Virus record (IMG/VR): IMGVR_UViG_2675903433_000028
Location: 1 to 19,453 of that record
Direction: 5' to 3' (one strand)
Length of the DNA stretch: 19,453 bases
Source of the DNA: a virus
Lineage: Duplodnaviria; Heunggongvirae; Uroviricota; Caudoviricetes
Each line of letters opens with the position of its first letter. Positions within the stretch are counted from its first letter, which is position 1. The notes beneath the pieces are model-generated. The model did not search any database. It was given only the letters and a program-made list of their open reading frames with translations, and was not told the origin of the DNA. Below, piece after piece: positions 9,432 through 16,302 of the stretch. Position numbers and translations under genes: made by a program.

Positions 9432-10313
9432 TCAGCGTCCTGAATCGGTATACCCCCATACAAAACCAGGTTGGACACTAAGGTCTGATAGCTTTTCAAT
9501 CCCCACCTGTGGAATGAAGTCGGTAGCCCGAAAGGGCACCCACAGACGGGTATACGCACCCTCTGTGGACTCCTTTGTATCCTGGTTTGGGCATTTGTGC
9601 GACGGGAGACGAAGACGCATTTCGCCTTTATCGATGTAGCACGGTAAACCATGTTCGAGCTTTTCATGAGCCAGCCGGATGTGTGCCGCCAGCTTCATAA
9701 ATTCAGTATCAATGGCCATCCGTTTGATCGTTTCATAACGACGCTCAGCCTGCTCTTCACGAGTACCGCTAACATCGTTATAAAGTTCACACTGATAAGC
9801 GAATTCCCAAAAACGCAAATCAACGATCGCTTCTTTGAATTCCGCGTCGTCTTCAGGTGGTAATGCTGCACGGCGCATCTCCAGCATTTCCATTGCCCAA
9901 CCATCAAGCGGCACGATACGCCATTGATAAGGCACTCCCTCTACAGACACCTCAATATCGTCAATGAACGGTTCCACTTCCAGGACCTGGATATCTTCAG
10001 CCAGAGCATTCATATCGCAATCGTAATAATGCTCTTTACCGCAATGTTTACAGGTGTAGGTGAATGTCTCGACCGGTGTTTCACGGGAGCCGGTAAATAT
10101 CCACCATAACGCGGTAATCCGGTCCTGCGCCGTCCATGTCAGGGGATCATGTTTCGCGGGTTCAGCCAGCAAGGCTTTTAAATACGCCGTTGTCTGTTGT
10201 TCTTGTTCCTCCGGTGTTATCGAGTTGAAACGCATCGCATCAGCAATATTTGGCTGACGGAACTGGATCAATTCAGTTGGCCGCGATGGTAGCGGGAAAA
10301 GAGGTAAAAGCAT
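9432..10313 (-). CDS. Acidic 293-aa protein directly upstream of the tape measure gene; candidate tail assembly chaperone
   Basis: Strong AAGGAG Shine-Dalgarno 7 nt before the ATG at 10313. The protein is Asp/Glu-rich and sits where G/GT chaperones are found. Assignment is positional. Confidence 0.4.
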   Translation of the reverse strand: MLLPLFPLPSRPTELIQFRQPNIADAMRFNSITPEEQEQQTTAYLKALLAEPAKHDPLTWTAQDRITALWWIFTGSRETPVETFTYTCKHCGKEHYYDCDMNALAEDIQVLEVEPFIDDIEVSVEGVPYQWRIVPLDGWAMEMLEMRRAALPPEDDAEFKEAIVDLRFWEFAYQCELYNDVSGTREEQAERRYETIKRMAIDTEFMKLAAHIRLAHEKLEHGLPCYIDKGEMRLRLPSHKCPNQDTKESTEGAYTRLWVPFRATDFIPQVGIEKLSDLSVQPGFVWGYTDSGR

Positions 10314-10327
10314 CCTTGCTCCTTAAT

Positions 10328-10939
10328 TCAAAGAGAAAAGCTAAAGCCCAGAAGGGAAGCCAAAGAACTTGAGGATTGGTTAAACGTGCTGTGCAATGCG
10401 AAGGTCATTGGGAATGACTTAAATTCAGTAACCTGATCTCGCGCATAGGTGACATCGCCGGTAGTGACCGGGAATACCGTCATCTCATTTTCCAGTTTGG
10501 TTAAACCGGAGGACAGCAACCGATAAATACGCACATTGAGCAAATATTTAGACGGTATATTCCCGGTACCGTCCGGATTGATCACCCGACTTTTTGCCGT
10601 CTTAAACCAGTCCAAAACGAGGCCATCAACGGTATCCCTGACCATCATCGTTATCTGCCCAGGCGAACGCTCCGTTGGCTGAAGGATATTCCCTCCGCCG
10701 ATTTTAATCGTTTCATATTCGATGCTGTAATCGTGGTAGGTAATATCTTTGGCAAAGAAATCTGCCCCCTCCAGTCCATCAACTTCGACAGAGAACTGCC
10801 ATCCTTGCGCGAACAGCATTTTGTTCATGATGATTGACGTCAGCTTACCAACTTCCCGCTCACCAACGCCGGAGCCAAATAATGTCGTCGTTAATGCCGA
10901 AGATACATAAGACTTTACTGAAGCAACATTAAGCCCCAT
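10328..10939 (-). CDS. Putative major tail (tube) protein, 203 aa
   Basis: GAGGGGG Shine-Dalgarno before the ATG at 10939. Size and position (two genes upstream of the tape measure) suggest a tail tube protein; no motif recognised. Confidence 0.35.
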   Translation of the reverse strand: MGLNVASVKSYVSSALTTTLFGSGVGEREVGKLTSIIMNKMLFAQGWQFSVEVDGLEGADFFAKDITYHDYSIEYETIKIGGGNILQPTERSPGQITMMVRDTVDGLVLDWFKTAKSRVINPDGTGNIPSKYLLNVRIYRLLSSGLTKLENEMTVFPVTTGDVTYARDQVTEFKSFPMTFALHSTFNQSSSSLASLLGFSFSL

Positions 10940-10949
10940 ATCAGCCCCC

Positions 10950-11558
<609 letters not shown>

Positions 11559-11710
11559 AGTCATTTGTCCATTGAGTGGGAATATTGCCGTCCGGGAGTA
11601 ATATGGTATCATTAAGTTAGAGTAGGTAGTGTAGATGGAATGAGGAGTATCATATGGTTATCACACAATCAGGTTGCTTTGAGTCAGGTTGTTTTGAGTA
11701 AAACAATAAA

Positions 11711-11737
11711 ACGCCCTTTAATGGGCGTATTTTTTTT
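11711..11737. terminator. Intrinsic terminator (bidirectional type) between the tail operon and the AT-rich membrane protein gene
   Basis: acgccc-tttaat-gggcgt is followed by attttttttt on the plus strand and preceded by an A-rich run, giving a U-tract on the minus strand as well. Confidence 0.6.
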
Positions 11738-11747
11738 AGGATTTAAA

Positions 11748-12641
11748 ATGCATTCTTTACAGAAATACATAAAACATAAATATACTCACTTAACTTTTTT
11801 TCTCTCATTACTTTTTTTCATGATATTTGAATCTCGAGAAGATATTATCAAGAAAATATTATCTTTTTCTCTCGATGAAGTTTTACCATTCTTAATGTTT
11901 GCGTTCTTCTCCGCCTTTATCAGCATAACAATAAAGGAAAAGATAGCAAAAAAATACCCAGAAACAAACGATGGGATTACCATTATCGCTTTAATCTTTG
12001 GTGTAACACTATATAGTGTATTTATATTATATTATTTATATGGTGATGTATACCAATCCACAATTGCTTTACTTATAAGTTCTGTGCTACTTGGCTCTGG
12101 GTGGTGGGTTCAGGCTACTGTGAGTAAAGTAGCCGCAAGAAAATCACACACCTTAAATACACTAATGAATCAAAGAAACAGTGAATTATTTCACAAAAAA
12201 GTCTCATCGGTAGCGAATACGTTCGGGCTTAGAAAAACCATAAATGAAATTATTGCCAAACAAAGACTTATCCCAAATGATAAAGATTTAAAAAATAAAA
12301 AGGTCCATGATAAATACATATCAGCAGGTAATGATATGTTCTTCGTTCTTAATTATTATGAGTTTATCTGTTCAGGAATAATAAATGGAGACTTTGATGA
12401 AGATTCAATGAGAGAATGTCTTGGACAAATTGTTCCGGGTCTCGAGGTTAGAGCATTTCATTTTATAAGAATTGCAAGAGAAATTTCAGGGAGTAGCTGC
12501 TTCTGTAATTTTGTTGCTGTTTCAGATAAATGGTCTACTAATGGAGGATCTCTTATTCTCAGACACGAGAAAGGAGAACCTGTGATCAATAACCTGACCC
12601 ATTGCTTTGAAGAAACAGCCTGTTATAACACAACATCTTAA
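11748..12641 (+). CDS. AT-rich membrane protein: N-terminal ~4 transmembrane helices plus ~170-aa soluble C-terminal domain; function unknown (candidate superinfection-exclusion or abortive-infection type moron)
   Basis: The ORF-track ORF begins at 11640 but reads through the terminator hairpin. The ATG at 11748 has an AGGA Shine-Dalgarno 8 nt upstream and is taken as the start (MHSLQKYIKHKYTHLTFFLSLLFFMIF...). Hydrophobic segments are obvious in the first ~130 aa. Composition is visibly AT-rich compared with the tail genes. Confidence 0.6.
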   Translation: MHSLQKYIKHKYTHLTFFLSLLFFMIFESREDIIKKILSFSLDEVLPFLMFAFFSAFISITIKEKIAKKYPETNDGITIIALIFGVTLYSVFILYYLYGDVYQSTIALLISSVLLGSGWWVQATVSKVAARKSHTLNTLMNQRNSELFHKKVSSVANTFGLRKTINEIIAKQRLIPNDKDLKNKKVHDKYISAGNDMFFVLNYYEFICSGIINGDFDEDSMRECLGQIVPGLEVRAFHFIRIAREISGSSCFCNFVAVSDKWSTNGGSLILRHEKGEPVINNLTHCFEETACYNTTS

Positions 12642-12647
12642 TATTTT

Positions 12648-12674
12648 GTAACCCATAATCGCTTTATGGGTTAC
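12648..12674. terminator. Hairpin between convergent genes (9-bp stem), probable terminator
   Basis: gtaacccat-aatcgcttt-atgggttac; the flanking U-tract is only moderate. Confidence 0.4.
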
Positions 12675-12692
12675 GTTAAATTTGCAATAAAA

Positions 12693-13169
12693 TTAATCGC
12701 CGCGCTTTAAGCATCCATCGTTTTTAGCTTGTTGATATAACTTACTTAGCCCAGAAAGAGGAAATGTAGCAATTTTTTCATTATCAACATAAGCATCTAT
12801 CGCATTAGCATTTGAATCTGCTGCATCTTGCCAAAAGGCATACCACCAAGAATCTCCAACCATTGACCCAAGATTGCTAAAAGGGTATTGCTCACCATCT
12901 AGTGTTAATACTATTTTACTCTTGTCAGCATTATACTCTTTTTTATTATTCGACGACCTTAGCAACAGGCCTAAACTACCTGCACTATCTGGTGATCCAT
13001 ACATGAAACCCATATCACATAAAAAACTTATCTTATCACCATTTTGATTATGGATTGTATATTCTCTCCCCCCTCTATCTTCAATTACATTCCATTGTAG
13101 AGGATCAATTTTTGCAAATACTCCTGCTGAAATTAACGATACAAATAATAAAAACCATCTCATATTCAT
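12693..13169 (-). CDS. Secreted/periplasmic protein, 158 aa, with N-terminal signal peptide; function unknown
   Basis: N-terminus MNMRWFLLFVSLISAGVFA-KID resembles a cleavable signal peptide. There is no lipobox Cys and no C-terminal aromatic residue, so it is not an obvious Lom/Ail barrel or lipoprotein. AT-rich. Confidence 0.6.
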   Translation of the reverse strand: MNMRWFLLFVSLISAGVFAKIDPLQWNVIEDRGGREYTIHNQNGDKISFLCDMGFMYGSPDSAGSLGLLLRSSNNKKEYNADKSKIVLTLDGEQYPFSNLGSMVGDSWWYAFWQDAADSNANAIDAYVDNEKIATFPLSGLSKLYQQAKNDGCLKRGD

Positions 13170-13191
13170 TTTTCTCGCTTCTTATCTGTAA

Positions 13192-13542
13192 TTATTCTGC
13201 AATATCATTTGCCCATTGCACGGCAGCAAAATGAGTGCCAAGGCCACTCAGGAAAGCAATTATTCCCAAAACAATACTAGCTGCTGTTGATTCAAACAAA
13301 GCACCAATGCTATAGCCAATAGCTCCCCATACTAAGCTAAAGACAATCATCAATGGTATTGCCAGAAATTTTATTCTTAAACTAAAAATCAGTCCAAGAA
13401 ATGAACCACCAAAGGCCCACCATGATTTAGACATTAAACCTATCAGTATTGACAGAATTCCTATTTCAATAAAGAGAATATTAGATTGCTCTTCATTGAA
13501 TTTCGCATTTGTTACACCTTTACGAACATGTTCAGATGACAT
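13192..13542 (-). CDS. Small inner-membrane protein, 116 aa, 3-4 predicted TM helices; co-transcribed with the downstream secreted protein gene
   Basis: GGAG Shine-Dalgarno before the ATG at 13542. The sequence is largely hydrophobic (ILFIEIGILSILIGL..., FLAIPLMIVFSLVWGAIGYSIGALF..., IVLGIIAFLSGLG). There is a 22-bp gap to the next gene. Confidence 0.6.
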   Translation of the reverse strand: MSSEHVRKGVTNAKFNEEQSNILFIEIGILSILIGLMSKSWWAFGGSFLGLIFSLRIKFLAIPLMIVFSLVWGAIGYSIGALFESTAASIVLGIIAFLSGLGTHFAAVQWANDIAE

Positions 13543-13688
13543 GATTAACTATCTCCAGCCACAGATAAAACGCCTTAAAATAACATGTTGTAGCACAAAG
13601 TTTCACCATGCAATGGTCAAAGTCTTTGATCCATATCAATTAGAGTTATACATTTTAGTTGCATAGCTAATAATTTATACGGCCGCAA

Positions 13689-13701
13689 ATTGCTCTAATT
13701 A
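13689..13701 (+). promoter_or_regulatory. Copy 1 of a recurring intergenic motif ATTGCTCTAAT(T/A)A
   Basis: attgctctaatta; the same core occurs at 15380-15393 and 17145-17160, always in plus orientation and upstream of a plus-strand gene. Confidence 0.4.
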
Positions 13702-13795
13702 TTTTGTTTTTTTTAGTTTCATATGCTACATTAACTCGCTTGCGTGCTAATGCATTTTCGGTTTATCCTAAACAAGCATCTTAGTAAAACGGATG

Positions 13796-13854
13796 CCGGG
13801 ATTGGAACCCCGGATAATGCAAAAGGCGACACAGACGCCAAAAGCGTCTTTTTT
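13796..13854 (+). ncRNA. Possible small RNA or leader element: hairpin followed by an intrinsic terminator, with no upstream plus-strand ORF
   Basis: Hairpin ccggg-attggaac-cccgg (13796-13813), then agacgc-caaaa-gcgtct + TTTTT (13833-13854). The nearest upstream genes are on the opposite strand. Confidence 0.35.
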
Positions 13855-13903
13855 ATGTCATGCCATCGCACAACCATACGTAGCACATAGCTACGAGATC
13901 AAT

Positions 13904-13979
13904 GGTAGTGCTGGCTGGGCTGCCAAAAGGCAGGCCGGTTCCCTTTTGCGCCGGTAGTTCCAACCCAGTCAGTGCTACC
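13904..13979 (+). promoter_or_regulatory. Long RNA stem-loop in the leader of the antirepressor operon (16-bp stem; plus-strand specific because of three G-U pairs)
   Basis: ggtagtgctggctggg (13904-13919) pairs with cccagtcagtgctacc (13964-13979): 13 Watson-Crick plus 3 G-U pairs on the plus-strand RNA, which would be C-A mismatches on the minus strand. The loop contains an inner hairpin caaaagg/ccttttg. Confidence 0.5.
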
Positions 13980-14039
13980 GCCATTGAGATTGGAACCTCA
14001 CGCGGTAGCTCCTTAAATTAGCAAAAGGAGGCTGCCAAT

Positions 14040-14261
14040 ATGGCTACTATCCCTACCCCAACTCATTCTGAATTCATCTGGCGCTTTTACTCCTGCCAGA
14101 AACGTCACTATCACTTCGTTATTGCACCGACAGAAGATGAGGCCCGCTCTCAGCTTCCTGACGCCCCATGTATTTTCTCTGCCCGTTTTTCCACTGATTC
14201 ACGCAATTCTCTCAGTTACTGGTGCCTCCCTGTTAACGCTTCTGCTCAGGAGGGACTATGA
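14040..14261 (+). CDS. 73-aa hypothetical protein, translationally coupled to the downstream antirepressor
   Basis: Strong Shine-Dalgarno (AAGGAGG) 8 nt upstream of the ATG. The stop overlaps the next start (ATGA at 14258-14261). An anti-Shine-Dalgarno segment ctcctt (14009-14014) can pair with aaggag (14025-14030). Confidence 0.55.
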   Translation: MATIPTPTHSEFIWRFYSCQKRHYHFVIAPTEDEARSQLPDAPCIFSARFSTDSRNSLSYWCLPVNASAQEGL

Positions 14262-15301
14262 GAACGTCATTAGTCACCCGTGAAGAAATGATTGAGGCAA
14301 TTGAACAGCACACAGCCTGTATGCCGACACGGGAGATCCCCGGCGCAATTGCCAACTATTTCATGATAACCAGGCGTTTTTATACCCGAACAGATAAGGC
14401 AGTGATCAACAGGCTACTGATAGCCGAGATCAGGGATTATTTGATTGAACAAGGACGTCTACGTTACGCAACGGTGGCAGCAGAAATGAGAAAGGAGGCA
14501 CATAGAGTGACCGGTAAAAATTTGAATGTTGAGAAACCAGCACCTGTTACGTCAGCTACGCCAACACCAGCCGTGAATGTCATCCCCAACACCGGAGACA
14601 CAATCGACAGCCAAACATTGTTGAAGATGGTCAATGAGGCACGCAAGTTATGTGGAGAACCAGAGGTTAGAAACAATAAATTCATCGAAAAAATACTCGA
14701 TGAACTTGAAGGTGAATTTTACACAAAAAGTGCAAAATCCCATGGCACAAGGGCTGGGCGCTCTTTTGAGGTCATCACCATGACCTACAAACAAGCCTTG
14801 CGAGTCGCCGCGCGCGAGTCAAAAGCGGTCCGCCGTTCGCTGATCGACAAACTGGAAGAATTGCAGCAGGCAAACTCCCCTGCCCCATCGATCCCCCAAA
14901 CATTACCAGAAGCTCTACGCCTGGCTGCCGAGTTGGCAGAACAGAAAATGCAGTTGGAACAACAGCTGGTGGCCGCAGCCCCTAAAGTCGATTTTGCCGA
15001 CCGGGTATCAGCGGCTAATGGAATCCTGATCGGGAACTTTGCAAAGGTTGTTGGGCTTAAGCAAAACGCGTTGTTTGCCTGGTTACGGGAGAACGGCATC
15101 CTGATAGCGTCCGGTGGACGTAAAAATGTGCCGTTCCAGCAATACATCAACGCCGGGTATTTCACGGTGAAAGAAGTGGTGCTGGATGATGAAAATGGCT
15201 ACCAGATACGGCTGACGCCCCAATTAACGGGTAAAGGCCAGCAGTGGTTAACTCGCAAGCTACTTGATGCTGGTTTGTTAAAACCAGTAGCAATAGGTTA
15301 A
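14258..15301 (+). CDS. Phage antirepressor-like protein with C-terminal KilAC/Ant-type domain (347 aa)
   Basis: The C-terminal ~130 aa (PKVDFADRVSAANGILIGNFAKVVGL...GYFTVKEVVLDDENGYQIRLTPQLTGKGQQWLTRKLLDAG) look like KilA-C/antirepressor domains and are clearly paralogous to the C-terminus of the next gene. Confidence 0.65.
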   Translation: MRTSLVTREEMIEAIEQHTACMPTREIPGAIANYFMITRRFYTRTDKAVINRLLIAEIRDYLIEQGRLRYATVAAEMRKEAHRVTGKNLNVEKPAPVTSATPTPAVNVIPNTGDTIDSQTLLKMVNEARKLCGEPEVRNNKFIEKILDELEGEFYTKSAKSHGTRAGRSFEVITMTYKQALRVAARESKAVRRSLIDKLEELQQANSPAPSIPQTLPEALRLAAELAEQKMQLEQQLVAAAPKVDFADRVSAANGILIGNFAKVVGLKQNALFAWLRENGILIASGGRKNVPFQQYINAGYFTVKEVVLDDENGYQIRLTPQLTGKGQQWLTRKLLDAGLLKPVAIG

Positions 15302-15304
15302 CAA

Positions 15305-15339
15305 AAGAAAAAAACCTGCCAGCAAACTGGCAGGTTTCT
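15305..15339. terminator. Hairpin terminator between the two antirepressor genes; U-tract is stronger on the minus strand
   Basis: aaaaaaa-cctgccag-caaa-ctggcagg-tttctg. Read on the minus strand the hairpin is followed by TTTTTTTCTTTT; on the plus strand only by TTTCTG. Confidence 0.55.
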
Positions 15340-15379
15340 GAGCAGATCGTCCAACCCGATCTGGATCGAGTCAGAAAAA

Positions 15380-15393
15380 TTTGCTCTAATAAA
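15380..15393 (+). promoter_or_regulatory. Copy 2 of motif TTGCTCTAAT(T/A)A, about 75 bp upstream of the second antirepressor gene
   Basis: tttgctctaataaa. Confidence 0.4.
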
Positions 15394-15465
15394 TTTCGTT
15401 TTCTAAGTGCAAAGAATCACCATTTCGAGCTGGTGATTGAAGGTTGATGCAAATTTGGAGAAAAA

Positions 15466-16266
15466 ATGCAACAAACATTCAATGCGGATATGAATATATC
15501 AAACCTTCATCAAAATGTCGATCCTTCAACCACTCTGCCCGTTATTTGTGGTGTTGAAATTACGACCGACCGCGCTGGCCGTTACAACCTTAATGCTCTA
15601 CACAGAGCGAGCGGACTCGGTGCCCATAAAGCGCCAGCTCAATGGCTAAGAACGCTGTCAGCTAAACAGCTCATCGAAGAGCTTGAAAAAGAAACTATGC
15701 AGAATTGCATAGTTTCGTTCGAAGGCCGTGGCGGCGGCACTTTTGCCCATGAATTGCTCGCAGTGGAGTACGCTGGTTGGATTTCTCCTGCGTTTCGGCT
15801 GAAGGTAAACCAGACATTTATCGACTATCGAGCTGGAAGATTACAACCTGCTATTCCGCAGAGTCTCCCAGAAGCTCTCCGTTTGGCTGCCGACCTGGCA
15901 GAGCAAAAGCAACGGCTGGAGCAAAAAATGCTGATGGATGCACCTAAAGTCGAATTCGCCGAACGCGTTGCTACCGCCAGCGGGGTTCTAATCGGCAACT
16001 ATGCCAAAGTGCTCGGCCTGGGCCAAAACTATCTCTTCACCTGGTTGCGTGATAACGGAATTCTGATCGCAACCGGTGAACGCAGGAACGTCCCCAAACA
16101 AGAATACATATCCCGTGGGTATTTCACCCTTAAAGAAACCGTGATCGATACAAGCAATGGAAGCAGGATTTCTTTCACGACTCGTATAACCGGCAAAGGT
16201 CAGCAGTGGCTGATGAAGCGATTGCTTGATGCTGGTGTGCTGGTACCTGTCGCGGCTACGCGCTAA
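15466..16266 (+). CDS. Phage antirepressor with N-terminal KilA-N (APSES-type DNA-binding) domain and C-terminal KilAC domain (266 aa)
   Basis: GGAG Shine-Dalgarno 7 nt upstream. The N-terminal region (LPVICGVEITTDRAGRYNLNALHRASGLG...AQWLR...GRGGGTFAHELLAVEYAGWISPAF) looks like KilA-N. The C-terminal half aligns by eye with the preceding gene (PQSLPEALRLAADLAEQK...GKGQQWLMKRLLDAGVL). Confidence 0.7.
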   Translation: MQQTFNADMNISNLHQNVDPSTTLPVICGVEITTDRAGRYNLNALHRASGLGAHKAPAQWLRTLSAKQLIEELEKETMQNCIVSFEGRGGGTFAHELLAVEYAGWISPAFRLKVNQTFIDYRAGRLQPAIPQSLPEALRLAADLAEQKQRLEQKMLMDAPKVEFAERVATASGVLIGNYAKVLGLGQNYLFTWLRDNGILIATGERRNVPKQEYISRGYFTLKETVIDTSNGSRISFTTRITGKGQQWLMKRLLDAGVLVPVAATR

Positions 16267-16284
16267 CAGACGTAGTAAGAACCA

Positions 16285-16302
16285 CCAGCATTGTAATGCT
16301 GG
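16285..16302 (+). promoter_or_regulatory. Stem-loop overlapping the first ATG of the following ORF
   Basis: ccagcat-tgta-atgctgg; the 3' arm contains the ATG at 16296. Confidence 0.4.

Noticed and set aside
9362-9667. ORF 9362..9667 as an independent 101-aa gene
   Set aside because: It is out of frame within the 293-aa gene and most of its translation is Arg/Cys-rich nonsense; only its last ~29 codons were retained as a possible frameshift extension (see findings).
11640-11747. 5' extension of the membrane protein ORF back to the ATG at 11640
   Set aside because: The extension reads through an intrinsic terminator hairpin (11711-11737) and 15-bp direct repeats; the ATG at 11748 has a proper Shine-Dalgarno.
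11786-11983. Minus-strand 65-aa ORF inside the AT-rich membrane protein gene
   Set aside because: Antisense to a better-supported gene; AT-rich DNA generates Lys/Asn/Ile-rich spurious ORFs.
12693-13542. Interpretation of the membrane protein plus secreted protein pair as a holin/spanin lysis cassette
   Set aside because: No endolysin gene is adjacent, the secreted protein lacks the coiled-coil character of i-spanins, and the location (between the tail operon and regulatory genes, AT-rich) is atypical for a lysis module.
13860-13905. Possible tRNA or tmRNA fragment in the structured leader region
   Set aside because: No cloverleaf-compatible arrangement (acceptor stem, T-arm GTTC-type motif in the right register) could be found by eye.
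14464-15165. Minus-strand ORFs 14464..14685 and 14785..15165 inside the first antirepressor gene
   Set aside because: Antisense to a gene with clear domain-level similarity to its paralogue; the translations look non-protein-like (Cys/Ala/Ser-rich).
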